The translations under genes and the position numbers were made by a program. The notes under the pieces are model-generated. The model was not told the origin of the DNA and did not search any database. It was given only the letters and a program-made list of their open reading frames with translations. A stretch of 64,000 bases of DNA from Octopus vulgaris (taxonomy: Eukaryota), in the NCBI GenBank assembly GCA_951406725.2, contig OX597815.1, forward strand, positions 170,624,001 through 170,688,000, read 5' to 3'. Shown piece by piece: positions 27,113-42,915 of the stretch (position 1 is its first letter; each line of letters begins with the position of its first letter).

Positions 27113-30100
27113 TGCTGTGAATTTACAATCGATACCTTAACTTTACAGTCAGCTATTAATGGGTAACATAAAGAATGCTGCTATAAATGTTTGAAATAAT
27201 TTCTTCATTTACCAAGATTCCTTTCCTATATATTTTAATGATATTCCTAATTATTAGCATAAATCTACAAGAAAATAGATTGTGTAATCGCTTTCGTGTC
27301 GTGATTTAATTATTTACTCATTTAGAACATTTCTTCTCTTAGTTTTGCATTTTATTTCTATCTTGAGAATGTCTTGACATTTAATCATTCTCCTGGCATT
27401 GTCAAGTATTCGCCCCAAGAAGTTAATTTTTATCCTCTCAGTAATGACGCACTATACATAGTTTGTTGAGAATGATGTAGTAGTGACGGCGTTGACAACG
27501 ACAACGTCATTGATGTTGTATTTGATGATGAGGATGATGATGACGACGACGATGATTTTTTGTAAAATATTGAAAAATTAAAGATTGGATTTTAAGTACT
27601 TTCGTTTGTGGAGAGTTAGGAATACTTTAACGGAAACCCAACATAAAAATAATAAAATTCCTTTTAACATAAGATGTCATTTCTCTTTATTAAACACTTC
27701 ATCTTTCAAATATTTATAATAAAATATAATATCTTAATGGAAACTACACTGAAATCTCATGCAAAGTTTATATCAACGAAACTCCTTTTTCGTATTACAT
27801 CTGTCTATGCTCGTCCACTCTACAATCTACGCACGTTATTCAACCTGCGTTCTAAAAGGTTGTTGCTTCAGTTACGTCGTATCAACTTACCCAACTCCGC
27901 TGGAAATCAGCAATTTCAGCTATTTTGGCTCTAAGTTTCTCTTTTACGTTTAGTTTTATCCACAGATCATTAAAATACTTTAGATTTGATGGAGCATTTA
28001 GGATACATATTTCATTCATTGTTCTCTCCCTAAATCATGTCTTTATTCACTTCAATTCCCATAAATTACACTGGTTTATTTACTTATCCCAGAGCGACAT
28101 TACTGTTGTTTTACTGATTAACTTCTATTTCTGAGTAACATAATGGACACTGGTATATATGTTTATCTCATTAGCCAATTTTTTCTAGAAGCCTTTAATA
28201 ATATTCCCTATTTATATCTCGGAAGGGTCATTACACCAATAATAAGCACACGCGTTGGTTGTATTTCACTTTTTAATTATTTATTTGTCAGTTGCTAGAT
28301 ATTTATTCAGTTAACTACTCGAGTGCTTCATTAATCATTCGGTTAATCAATCATTTAGGTAAATAGTTAACTAATTTAGAAAATAAATAGTAAGGACGAA
28401 ATATTACGAGTGTGTGAGCCTATTAGTAGCATAATGACGCTCTCGAGATACAACAATAAGTTTCAGCACAGGAGATCTCATCAAGAATCTTGCAAACGAC
28501 GTAAAATATATTACAAATGATTAACTGTAAATGTACAGGGAAACAATTTATTTAATTACTCCTGAGCGCTGATAATAATTTTAAACATTTAGAAGATTCC
28601 TTCACTTGCTTTGCTTTTTATTTTTGTCGTGACAGTTAATCATTTTCCTCGACGTAGTCAAGTATTGTACCCAACATATTAAACTTTGTGTTGTCATCCT
28701 TGTTGATTTCTATATGCACACTGTATTGGTTCCCAGACTCATCCCACAGAGATAATACTGTTGGAAAATCTTTCTTTATTTAGAACTTCTTGCACCAGTT
28801 ATCATAATGATATATTTGCTTTCTTCAGACAACTACCAAAGCATGAGAATATGCATTGAGTAGTTACGCTGGGAAACAACCCCTTATCCCTGAAACGTTG
28901 GGGACATAAAATCGAAAGTGGAACCCTGGAGAAGTATGCAGTTAATGTTGTTGATGTCGGACGCAAATCAAACACGTAAGCGCTGAGCCATGGGCATTCT
29001 CCTACGCTTGTCCTCCTCCACATTTCTTTACTCAACCAACGTATACAACCCTCAAATATCACAGGCTAAAAGAAGACGCTATTTAAAAGGGATGTGAACA
29101 CCTAATCTCACATGAGTCGTCTGTCCACCACACCAACACATATGACCTACAATCAGAAAAGCAAAGAATACATTCCTGTACCTTTTCATGTGAAAGTTAA
29201 TACATGTATGTATGTATGTGTATGAACACATATACATATGGGCATACACACATAAACACACACATCTGTTTGTTTGCTTCTATGTATGTATATGTATGCG
29301 TATGTGTGGGTTTTTTTCTCTCCTTATCTTGTTATTCTACTGCATGACCCTTCAAAATCTTTACTAAAAGCTTTCCAACCAACTTTCCCCTCAGATGTAA
29401 GCATCTGTATTCCGAGAATAGTACCAACTGCAACACCTCCCTTCGATACATACACCACGAACAGAGTTTCTTCGCCTCAAACCCTAAAAAATAATTGTTT
29501 AATTTAACTATTAGCTAACGGGATTTGAACATAAAATTAGTCTTTATTTTGATAGGATAATAATTTGAAAGTTATATAAAATTACATTTTCGATTGCGCC
29601 CGAGGAAATATATACTCAAAACTGCAGACATTTTAAGATCGAAATCGGATGTTTTTATACGACTGGGATTTAGGACTGGACGTGGATTTTCTAAGGAGAT
29701 GTTAGGATGTAGTTGGATATACACGATATCTTTGATTAGGAGATCAAAACACTCTCAATTGATTCATTTGAAGTCCTCCTTACACCATTCATTTGAAGTA
29801 ACATAATAAAGTAACTTTACACAAAAGAACGAAATGCCTCTTCTCAGTTCATTTGAATAAATCTTCACATTTGAAAACGAACGTATATAGTAACCCTTAA
29901 AAATGTTAAAATATTATCTAGCGTAGGTACGTGGAGTTCAAGCAAAAGAGGTGGTTGTCATTGTTCAGAGTTATATCAGTACTCAAATGATAATAGCTGT
30001 AACGACCGAGAATAGAATGCAAACTCGATTACGACAAAATCTTAACTCGGTAGGTAAAAACCATGCAAATATTGTCACCTTTCATCAATCAAACCAGTAA

Positions 30101-30154
30101 AAATGTTTTGGGGTGTACAGTTAGAATTAAAATGTGTCGCAATTTATAATTCTA

Positions 30155-30366
30155 CGTGGGGGTGCTGAAATTCTCTTGCTTTGGGTAAAAGAAAATACAA
30201 GATCTGTTAGTTTTGATTTTATTCAATATAATCTCCCCTCATATTCCCACATCTGTTTCTGCAGTCCTTCAGTTTTTCTAAACCCTGTAAAATAACTCGA
30301 AAGTTTAGGCCTCTGACTACGCCTTTTGCAATAGCCTTAAAGCCAGGAAGTTTTCAGCATCCCTTG
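30155..30366 (-). mobile_element. Mariner-derived MITE (about 210 bp)
   Basis: Imperfect TIRs ta-cgtgggggtgctgaaattctcttgcttt and aaagccaggaagttttcagcatcccttg. Minus strand reads LQGLEKLKDCRNRCGNMRGDYIE*, a mariner transposase C-terminus. Confidence 0.75.
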
Positions 30367-33300
30367 CATAATAAATTTGAATTTGAACAAGAGCTGGAAA
30401 ATTCCAAAGTTTACATTTCTTCTGATCCAGTAAACTTTAAATAATTGCGATGTTATATTTTCAACTTTATACACGTAAATCTTTCACTATTTTTAAATGT
30501 AAAATTAGATTTTCGAATCCACTCCACCACAACCGCCGGGAAAGCAGTCTTTATTATTCTAACTAGGTGTAATTGGGCCTTGAGTAGCAGCCTATTTTCC
30601 TTTGGAAATATATTCCACAGATATTTTTGTTTACAAAAGAATTCTGTAGGACTTTTAATCTTTTGATAGCCGTTTATATCTTCCTCATTGAATGAAGCTT
30701 AATTTTAGAAATAAAGTTATATTTGTCATGGAAGGCCTTAGAAAAAAATCGATTTTAAATATTCTTTCGTTCTTTATAATGGTTTTCTGGAATCCCATAC
30801 TTTAAAATAAGCCATTTTCTGTTGTCATGAAATCATTTGTAGAAATCATATTGTGATAGGAATCGATTCCTTTCACTACGTCACTAATTCTCTTGTGAAA
30901 TTTGCGAACGTACTGAATTCCCAGTGTCCTTGGCTAAGAAATCGTTATTTATGACAGTAAGAAAATAAATATAAGCTTAGATCATCAATATAAATTTTTC
31001 AAAATACAGCTTTTTATCAAATGCCATTTATAATACAGTGTTGCTATTGTTTTTCTTTTTATCCTCATTGTACTACTCACCTACTTTTACAGTTATCTAT
31101 ATTTTCAAGTATGTATGAACTTTACTTCTAGAAATATGCGTTTTTGCTGCCACAAACTGATATATGTTCATAAATAATGCATATTTTCGAGAATTCATAT
31201 GGCGTTGTATTTAAAAGAGAAGTAAGAAATTGAAGAATGTCATTAGAATTTCAGCAGAGCAATCCTGTTCCAATTCACATCAGTAAGGTTTTGAATGTCT
31301 GGCATGACAGTTCTCTAAAGTAAGCTACTATGAATCTATTCCATTGTAGTCTGAACTTAACATGACACTTTTCGACCTATATTATATCACCTTGTGGAAA
31401 TAAGAAAGTTCTTGAATTCTTGATTTTATTTATTATGATCTATAACTGCAACAGTTGTCTTTTACACTTAGGAAAGGAAAAGAATTCTAGAGAACCAATC
31501 CGGATGTTTGTACTCCATTAATGCCTCCTATGACCACGTGATAGTCCTAGACTTGGTGACAGGTGCTTTATTTCGTCGACTCCAAACATATAAAATGTTG
31601 GCCTCAGTGGTATTTCAATTTGGATCAGAGACCCAGAATGAATACCTCAAAGCAATTTCTTGTGCAATCTAACTTGTCTTCCAATTTTCGGCCTCAACTT
31701 ATGCATACACCGAAGTTGATGAAATACTCATTTGTTCTTTTCTTTACAGCTTTAGGCGTCAACGCAATTCGTATTCAAACTAGACACCTGATGTTACAGG
31801 TTCCTTAAAAACAGACATAGATATTTTCTATTTGACAATTGATAAATATATCGAGAATACGCACCAAGCATTCATGCTCTTACAAAATTAAGTCTCTCAA
31901 AATTACTAACTCTTTATCATAATCCCTAACGAGCACATAAATTGCATTAGCGACACTTCACTCTAAAGACTAAGGTTCGTTGTTACTGTCGGGTAATATG
32001 CAGCTTTACTGACCTTTCGCAAATACTGGCTGAGAGACGTGATCTATATTTTCTTTGTCTTCTATATATTTACTGAAACTTCTTTCTACTACGTTGATAG
32101 AACATGCTGCACACTCCCTGTCTTTGTATGTCTGGGTCTTTCTCTCTCTCGTATATATGTTTATGAGCGAAAGAATATATATATATATATATATATATTT
32201 ACATATGTATGTGTGTGCGTGTGTATGTATGCATATCTCCAAGTATCGGGAAGAGCAAGCATTAGACGAGACGAATATGAAGGGATTCACATTAAATACT
32301 TCATTTGCCATCAAGATCATGTGAATGAAGTCAGCCTTTAGAGAGAACGGCAATCACCTAGGATAGCAACATCATAATCATCAGCAACAACTATGATAAC
32401 TGAATTTAAAATATATAATACCGAATACAAACAAAATAAATTACTCAACAGGAGACGCTGTAGAGATTGCCAAGTTTATAATGTTGCAAGACAGCTGTAG
32501 AAGTTGGCAATTTGAATCGTCGGCACTCGTGATGCGAATTGGTAAACGACAGCGGACCTTTGAGCCTATGGCAGCAACCCAACAAAATACAGATGTAGAG
32601 CACCTCATTCGTCTCAAAAGAGACTTCTGCAATTCAAATGCAGTTGTGGGTCTCAGCATTGTGTTCCAACAAGCACAGTTTCAAATGTTACTTCGTATGA
32701 AGAAACAGTGTGGCTGTGCATGCCTCTTGTGATTCTCTTTCGGTATTATGATTTATATGTGATAGACCTCTATTTGTGAATCTGGAGGAAGTGCAAGGTT
32801 AGATTTCCTGAAATTTATAGGCCACAGTATACGAATGAGGTTTCAAAACCTTTGCGATATTTAGTGGCTTTTTACTTAATAAATTTGTAAATGATTAATG
32901 GGTTGGATGGGTGCTGATGAAAGAGAAAACCTAAATGGGATTCCTAGATGTTGGTGTATATCTATATTCTGATACGCCAGGATAAATCGAAATTTTTCGC
33001 TATTTGGTAATAGTCATGGGAAAATCCCACTCGTTTGTGAAATAGAATTGTGTCATAAATGCATCCTAATATCATGTCAATGTGAAACCTTTCTAAATGC
33101 CCTACACGTTTGAAATTGTCTGACACATATTTAATAAATTTTCCCAATACACCAATGCAGACAAATTACACCAACTTCGCTGTATATAGATATTTATTTA
33201 TTAGTTAAGTTGAAATGAATATTCTAGGGATACAACAACTGGTTTACAGAGATCAATTTTTAGGCTGTTTATGGCCAATTTAGATATATATGATCTAAGC

Positions 33301-33759
33301 TAGTATATGATAGTGAAAGTAAAACAACACGCTTTCGTCACAAAACCTTCTATAGTGTGTGAATTACTGAGCTAGTTAAGCAGGAACTAATGAGTACAAC
33401 TATTCAATATACCACTTCATTATTTGTGTTATAAAGAATAGCAGTTTCAGTAGGCTACTTACATTTACGAACAAGTCAGAGAAACAAAAATTGATGAGAG
33501 AATGAAATGGACTAGCCTATGCATAAGGGAAGACACCCAGCACGGCGGTTACCTTGTTCGTGCTTACTCACGTCCCCTAAGTTATCCGAAAGTTATAGTA
33601 CCATATGCCCGACGAGATAGCAAAGCTAAAATACAGACTGGGCCATTACCCATTTTCCATCTTCGATCTTATTGTTTGTTCGCATGAAGCGTCTCGGATA
33701 CAATACGTCGTAACAAAGTCAGTGCTGGATATGATTTCTATAGAAAATCTGTAAGATAA

Positions 33760-34240
33760 CTTTGTCAAGTTATGTAATAGCATTGACAACACAGTTGAAC
33801 ATGGTATTGATTGAACATGCCTATATGGCATCAGGACAGTATTCAATAGTAATACAACACTTCGCATATATCTCCTTTGAGTAAAACCACCAATAGAAGA
33901 GAATATGACCAAAGACTACATGTACTCTATCCCATGCAGCTGTGGTAGGTTATACAAAGGCGAAACATGCTCCCCCACTCAAAATAAGGGTAAACGAACA
34001 TCGCAAATTTGTGACACGGGGAGATATTGATAAATCGGGTATAGCTGATCATGTATGGAAAAACGGAAACCACCTCCCCCTGTGGGATGAAGTTAAAATA
34101 ATAGACAGAGAACACCACTGGAAATACGAAAACTAAAAGAAGCAGCACATATGCTAGGACACAGCAACCGCCTAAGCAGATTGAGTGCAGATATGAGCAG
34201 CATATGGGAACCAATATTAAGGGAGGATAGAAAAATAGTA
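33760..34240 (+). pseudogene. Penelope-like element GIY-YIG endonuclease remnant
   Basis: MTKDYMYSIPCSCGRLYKGET (frameshift) PLKIRVNEHRKFVTRGDIDKSGIADHVWKNGNHLPLWDEVKIIDREHHWK (frameshift) RKLKEAAHM follows the PLE GIY-YIG pattern VY.IPC.CG..YIGET.R.L..R..EH...S..A.H...E. Confidence 0.88.
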
Positions 34241-34266
34241 GATTTATAAGTCCTAAAACTAACGAT

Positions 34267-34480
34267 GGTCATATGGCGCAGTGATTAACAGCGCGGGTTA
34301 CTAACCCCAAGATTCTGAGTTCGATTCCAAGCACTGACCAGAACAATAATAATAAAAACATCGAAAAATACGTTAGGAATCAGAACCCAGGTTCGAAATT
34401 TCCCCAAGAAGCGTTGTGTTAACAGCAAAAAAGATGAGGACAAATATCCATCGAACGTACATAATATAAATAATATTCTC
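34267..34480 (+). mobile_element. tRNA-like head + (AAT)n + PLE-type terminal segment (hammerhead core deleted)
   Basis: Cloverleaf-like 34267-34341 (ggtca/tgacc acceptor, gcgc/gcgc D stem, A box tggcgcagtga, B box gagttcgattcc). Downstream sequence is homologous to 55265-55410 (-) except for the missing CTGATGA...GAA core. Confidence 0.75.
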
Positions 34481-34489
34481 AGGTATTTC

Positions 34490-36300
34490 TATTTTTAATA
34501 GTGGATCAAGGTTCTTGATGGTAGTGTCGATATATAATTTAATAAATGCTGTGTACCTGAGCTTATTTATTATGAAAGTTGCTTTAGCACATTTAACGAG
34601 ACCAAAACCCATCCCGATGTAATTGCTAAATTCTTCAGCAGTTGTTAGCTGCTCTTCAAGTTCTTGGTCATTTCTTGCAAATAGCTTTAGATCGTTCATG
34701 TAAAACAGTTGGTTTATTCTCTTGGTAAGAGTTTTGTATTCATATCCGGTGTTTTTCAATGAATTTCAGAGTGGGATCAGCGCCATGCGAAAAAGTAATG
34801 AGGAGAAGGACTCACCTTGAGAGAGGCCTCGTTTGATGTTGATGCTGTTGTATTTGCTCATCCAATGGTTTTAAAAGAGATCAAGTTATTTCGTAAGAAT
34901 TTGGAGATGTACTTCTGTCAAACATTTCAGCCAGAAGTTAGCGATGCGGGCCAGTTAAGGAGCTTTCCGTTTGTGGTACCTAATAAACCACGTTAGATCT
35001 ATTCTGATTGCCACTCAGTTCTGTTCTTCAACTTCATACAGTTTCTCCTCATGTTCTATTCGGTAAACGTCAGCATTATAATCTTATTCTTTGCTCCACA
35101 TCTTCTTCTAGAACTCATCCAATTTGTCGATCCTTCACCTCTATTTTACTTTTTCCAATTTACCTATGAAACTTTGCGCCTGTTTTGAACATTTTATTTT
35201 GTCGATAAGATTTGTTTCATTCATCATATCTTCTAAGCCGTTGGGCTTTTAACTGTATACGCTATTTCAATAGTTAGTTAATAGCACGGAGGTTTATAAG
35301 ATCTCTGGTTTGATATTGTTTTATTTTTCTAGACTTTCTTGTTTTAATATTTACTCCTGTAACAATTTCACCGAGAACTGATACATCCGCCCGCAGAGAT
35401 GTAATTACTTATTTGTATTTTTGTCTTTCACTAGAAGGTTTATCGACATATCTGATGTTTTTCTTTGTCATCTAATACCTAGGTGAGCAGTAAGTATTAG
35501 AGCAATGGAATAGACAAGATTAATTTAGATCGTTATATCAATTTCCTTATTTCTTAAAATCTGTCTTCGAGCCAATGTTATATATCATGATTTTGTAGTT
35601 ATTCTTTGTGCCGCTTCTAAACTTTGGCAGCGGTTCTAAATTAAACTCAGTGTTATGAATTCACCCATAATGTCTTTTACTTTTGCAATTTTTTTCTTAT
35701 AATTAACCTCAACATATGTGTCATGGCTAGTTTAGTATTCTTGCGGTAATTCTACATATTCCTATTTTTTCTGCATCTCTTTTCAACGCTGCTCTTTGCT
35801 CAGCTTCTCTGTTCTTCACAATGCTTTTCTTACAATAGGTTCTGTGTTTCATCTATATGGCAGCTGGTTTTATTTGGTCTCCCATGACATATCTGTGTCC
35901 TAATTTGGTCAATTTCATCTTTTGTTAGTCTTTTGTTCTTAATGATAATTCTACGTACTTTGCTTAATTTATTTGCATCTATGTAGCTTCGTACATTATT
36001 ACCTGCTAAAGTGTAAGTTTGTACAATGAGGTTATCATTTGAGTTTTGTTGGTCGTTGTAGAAAGCTTCCAATACATCTCTATAATCCTCTCTAGCCCAT
36101 TTTATGAGTTTCGCTTTTGATGGTGATCCTATCCAGTGTTGCTACATGTGTACGATTAGAATTCTCCTGGTCCTGATTAACTGCTAGATGATTTTTTTTT
36201 CTGTTGGAGAGTTAATTCCAGCAGCAGGATAATACAGCCCTTGTTGTTCCTGGCGATGACTGATCTTGCATGAATTTTGTCTTATGGTTAAGACATCACG
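34490..36300 (-). pseudogene. Decayed R4/Dong-clade (RLE) non-LTR retrotransposon, 5' part
   Basis: INQLFYMNDLKLFARNDQEL...IGMGFGLVKCAKATF (YMDD motif), IKRGLSQGESFSSLLF (GIFQGDSLSPLLF-like), and N-terminal KWAREDYRDVLEAFY...YIDANKLSKVRRIIIKNKRLT. Confidence 0.82.
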
Positions 36301-36659
36301 TTGACATTAGAAAACGGGTATGTATGTTTGGATTTTATATTCGACTGAACATTGCTTCCGAGTTGTTTCAAGGGATATATTTCTCATATCGTGATCGCAT
36401 GAGGCTTATTGATCGAAATTTGCCTCTATATTATTATTATCATTTTTTTGTAGATATATTTCTGGGCATAACTGTTTAGGGATGTTTTAAACCCAGTGAT
36501 TATTTGCTCCTTTTTTGCTCGCTTGAGGCAATTCGTTTTGTTTTTATTTTGTTTCATATGTTTTGGAATTATTATCATTATCATTATCATTATCTGCATC
36601 CTCCCCCACCTTCTTCTCCCCTCTTCCTCCTCCTCCTCATCATCATCACCAATACTATG

Positions 36660-36925
36660 GAGGCGGCGAGCTTGAAGAGTCGCTAGCATGCCGTCTTTAC
36701 GGTATGCGTTGAAATTCTGCCGAGGTTTACTTTGCCTTTCGTTCATTCAAGGTTGATAAAATGAGTACCGGTTGAGAAGTGGGGTCGATGTAAACGACTT
36801 ACCCATTCTCCAGAAATTGAGGGTTTCGTGTCAAAATTTGAATTTATTATTATCTAGGTGGCTATCACGCTGGGCAAAATGTTTAGCGGTATTTAGTCCG
36901 ACTTGTCGGTCTGAGTGAATTCAAC
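36660..36925 (+). mobile_element. Family B SINE plus a second head fragment
   Basis: aggcggcgagct...gccgaggtttactttgcctttcgttc...gataaaatgagtaccggttg...ggggtcgatgtaaacgactta. Confidence 0.7.
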
Positions 36926-36950
36926 ATGTTTTGTTGGAAATTATTATTAT

Positions 36951-37605
<655 letters not shown>

Positions 37606-40098
37606 AATACATATAGCACCCTGTGTAGTAGCTATATATCATCACTAGTTTACTTGGTGTTGTATGTACTGTTATTGATACTGCCTTTGTTATCTCACTG
37701 ACTTTGTTTCATTGAAATATGTTGTGCAGCCCTGTATCTTTTTTTTTTCATTGCAGCTACATTACAATTTTAGAGAATCAGCCAAAAATAAACTATAAAA
37801 ATGTTGAAAACTTAAACCCATCTCGGTGCTCTGATTCCAAGTCGTGACCTCTGTTTCCTATTAAAGACATCAAAGAACCGCTTCTGGTGAAAATGGCTTT
37901 GACTAGAAATTTTAGCAGTTCACACTCATTTTTTATCCACACTGCTCCATAGATATGACTCTGGAAAGGAAATATTTACTTACTTGTGACGTGTACCGTG
38001 AGGCCAAAGCTTTGGTAACGGTTTAAAATTCTTAAGTGATTTCACTAGACTTACGCTACCGCCACGAATTGTAGAAATAAAACATAAATAATTCTTTCTT
38101 TCCTTTCTTAATTACTATTTCTTTCTGTCTTAATAACTATTGTGTATACCTGTAATATTCATTACAATTCTTTTTATTTTTCTACACTATTTAACTTACA
38201 GATTTTAGATTATTTCATTATAATTAACTTCGATTGGATTACTTTCGCTGACGCAGACTTAAACTTGATTCCGTGTACGTCATCTATAGCCTGGAGACAG
38301 GCGTATATGTCACAAAGAATAATCCGTTCCACTTCTCTTATATCTGAGACATTATGACTGTTAAATATCAAAATAGTTTAATAAAAAGTGAAAACAGTTT
38401 TAGGGTATATTAATACAAATAGCACCACTTAATACAGAACATTTCAGAAATAAATTGCATTAAATCTCTTAAACTGTCTCTGTACATATATATTTGAAGC
38501 TGAGAATTGAATTTTCTTGTCTTATTGAAGTTGATGTTTCTGTTAATTAGGAGAGAAGAGCAGTTTATTTTATAAGAAACGAATTATGCGGTGACAGTTT
38601 CCATCGTAAGTGTGAGTGTGCGAAATGCCGTGGGTATAGATGGACATATATACATTCACAAACATGCATACATTCACACACGCACACACATAATCAACCA
38701 CACATACACACACACATATAAGTTGTGTGCATATGTATGTGAGTTTTGAGTCTATATAAATATATGTATAATAATATGTGTGTTTGTTTGTGTATTATAT
38801 ATGTGTGGGTGTGTATTTATTCTATAAAGGACCATTATACTACTTATTAGCTGTCAGCATTGATATGTGTTTAAGACATCAAAGAATCGTGGTTTCGTTT
38901 TCTACCCACGGCGGGACAATTTAGAAAAAGCCTTCTCTCCATTAACCTCCGACTTACCAATACATACATATATCCATCCATCCATCCATCCATTCATCCA
39001 TCCATCCATAAATGAAACTGCATGGCCTGGCTCTGATCATGTTAGAATCCCGATATTTGACATGTCGCACATTTGTGGTTCAATACAGGTAATCTCAATT
39101 ACATGGTGGGAGTTTGTTTATGTAGTAAAGACGAATATTTGACTACTATAATCTGACCATCGTTGAAGTTATTCAGTAAGATGCTACGGGGCCGTCTTCT
39201 CTGTCCAACAGTAGTAAGGTCCATGTTATATATATATGCGTGTGTCAGAGTGAGTGAGAATTATATAAACCTTTGTGACAATATGAAGCAATTGTTCATA
39301 ATTATTACAAACACACACATAAAGCTATAAATATTATCCTTCGAAATTGTTTAATCCGAAAGGGCTCGTCAACCCAGAATTTACATGTTCTTATTTATAT
39401 CTTTGCCTCTTATTCATTCGGGGTCAATAAATTAAGTACCAGTACTGAGGTCAATCCCATCCACTGGTCCCCTCCCCTCAAAATTTCAGGTCTTTTGCCA
39501 GTAGTAGAAAGGATAAATTATACATGCCTGGTAGTTTTGAACCATCAATTGCTTATATATACATGGATACCAAAATTTGACTAAAATGCTACAGTTGTTA
39601 CACACAGGTGAATAGTATTTGTAAGTACCTTTCGTTAATTGATTTAGATATATCTATCAATCTACAAACACCCGTACGTCTGCTAATTCTACTCCAGTGA
39701 AGGTGGTTGCAAAGTTAGTTCACATCTGAAGGGTGAATTACGTAACTGTCATATCACGAAGCGACTCGTTATGCTTCTCGGAAATTTTATTAAGTTATAC
39801 TGTCATATTGATTTATGTATACCGTGTTTGTATATCTATTATACATACATATGAATATACATGAACGAACAGATATAAATATACATATATATACATACAT
39901 GTATATATAAATATATATATATGTATGTATATATATATATATATGTGCGCGTGTGTTATATGTACGTGTGTATACCTATATCTGCATTCATACAAATGTA
40001 CACATACATATTTACATACATTCCTAATTAAAAAAAAAATATATATATATATAATTATATATAGACATACACACACCATATTTAAGAATGAATATATT

Positions 40099-40153
<55 letters not shown>

Positions 40154-42461
40154 ACAATTATATATACCGAGATACATATATATATATATACATGTATTAC
40201 ATATACATACCCATATGTGCACACAAATGTGCATACACACCTGTATGCACATTTGGAACTGAGAATTTCGGTGTAGTAGTTTCGCATTCTGAACATCAGT
40301 GTATGAACCCATACCGATAATGCACAGTTGTACAGAAGAGATTAGCTTCTCAGAGACAGCTGAAGAGACAAGGTGACGGATAAATATTCTTTTGAAAGGG
40401 ATTTCACAGGAATACGTTTGCTATATTTTATAACCTAACTACTCGCATCAATGTACAACTTGTATCTCTTGGCTTAGATATTGGAGACTTCAACATTTAA
40501 ATGACAGACATCAGTGAGTTTGCGCTTACACATGACACAGAGGAATTTACGTGAAATTAGATTGCTCGCTCCCGAGAATTGAATAATCAGTTACCTTCCT
40601 GAATAATCTAACAAATATTTGAACACCTGGAACATATAAATTGAGACGAAAACTTTAGAACATGCTGAGTATGGAGATTTGTTTCTAATTATATGCAAAG
40701 AATATAAGTGGCAATCAGCAATATGCTACTGCAACAAATGCAAGTGTCCCTGACAAATTCTGGAATCAAATGAAAGGTATATTTTTATTATATCAAGGTT
40801 GTTCATCAAAAATAGACCATGATAGGAGTACAATGCTGGAGAGACTAGCAACTACTATGGCATTTCGTGACAATTTAACTAAAGAGCGGTGTTATACTTA
40901 TAAATGTCATCGAGGGAAAAACAGAAGTATTTCTCACTATGGTTCAACAAAAGCAAAGGTATTCAAGATATTCGCAGGTAAAAATCAGTAATACATTAGC
41001 ATGGTGTATGGGACACCACTGATTACACATAATGCATTCAAGAAGCCAACTTGTCTAAAAAGAGTAAAATAGCAATAAATATATTTAGACGAGAATAACA
41101 CCTAAATTTCGCAGCTGCTAGAGAAGGGGAAAAGCTTTTCATGTCTATTAATGAGTGCAAAAGGAACGTCTGCCAATAAGCAATGGCTCCTATCCAGGAA
41201 AAAGTACTCGTGCAATGGAAAGTAATTCCTAGCTGATAAAAACACTTGAAAAATAAAAATTAATTGGTATATCAAATAAATCTGTTTAGTACTGGAAATA
41301 GAGAAAAAATATCTCAATGTATGACATGAGAATCTTCTTCAACCTCATTAGAATAATTTATGGTGTTAATATAATGATTCCAACATCACTGGGAGCTAAA
41401 GACAGTACAGAACTTATACAGTAGAACGTGAGTGTCAACAACCTATGGAAAGATAACTTCAAAGATCATGATTGTGCAGCCAAAAGTAGGCTATTATTAC
41501 TCAACCTTTACTTTACATGCACCATGTGACACTTCAGAAAACAAACAATGTATCATTCCCGCTATAGAACTTTGAGCCACTCGGGCGACTGCTAGGTTTT
41601 ATAATGTGTGTTGAAAAGGCAGCAACTCCAATGCAATATACATCAGTAGTCTCGTTTGATTTCACAAAAAATTCTAACGGCTTTAAATTAGCTAATAGTT
41701 TCCTACATTGAATGCAGCAGCCTGAAAGCTGTGTTTTCTTGTTAAGGAGTTTTGCTTTTTGTATTTTCTCAGAGGGAGAATGGGGCCGTTAGAAGATTCG
41801 GGTACATAGCGAATGACCATGTCAACTATATTCCAGATTATTATGACAGGACACTTTACTAGTCCAAAAGTCTTCAGATAAAGTGGGATAGCGGTGTTAA
41901 TTTTCTTTGCCTCTGGTTCTATATAAATGCAAACACTGAATGAACATTCCCTTCAAGTTGTTGGCAATGAACGCCGTGTACAATTTCATGTTGCTTCCAA
42001 ATAGAGCAAAGGTCGGTCCACGTTGAAACGGCTGTCTTGGAATTGAAGACTCGGGAAGGAAACAGATTGGTTTCGGCATTTCTATGCAGGTGCTTGGTAA
42101 AAAGGTTGTGCGCATGTATACTTTTGCTACTGGTTAAGATCTATAATGCTGGTTACAAAGTTGCCTCTATGTGAACATAAGACCAAAAGTTTTCTTGCAA
42201 AATTCAAAATCCTGACTGAAACTGACTATTAAGGGTTAAATTAATTTATCACCCATTGATAATCAGCAACCCAATTGGATTTCTTTCTCGAAACTTAGAC
42301 CGTCCGTGTCAAATCTATTAGGCTTGCTATCTCATTGATAAAACGTTGAGTACAACCGATTTAAATCGGAAAACGTTTTCAGGCTAACATACATAAATGT
42401 ACACACACACACACAAGAACCCATATATGCGTCTCTATATGTAAGTATTTAAATATACGTA

Positions 42462-42915
<454 letters not shown>

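Noticed and set aside
32441-32732. Overlapping short ORFs of ordinary composition (also 10787-10972 and 41897-42115)
   Set aside because: No recognisable domain or convincing splice signals.
34267-34341. Functional tRNA gene
   Set aside because: Acceptor and T stems are imperfect, there is no oligo-T terminator, and it is embedded in a repeated unit; treated as a tRNA-derived head.
40440-41880. Very old LINE remnant (GDFN-like motif near 40482); similar hints at 6.3-7.3 kb and 22.1-22.7 kb
   Set aside because: Too decayed to assign clade or boundaries by eye.
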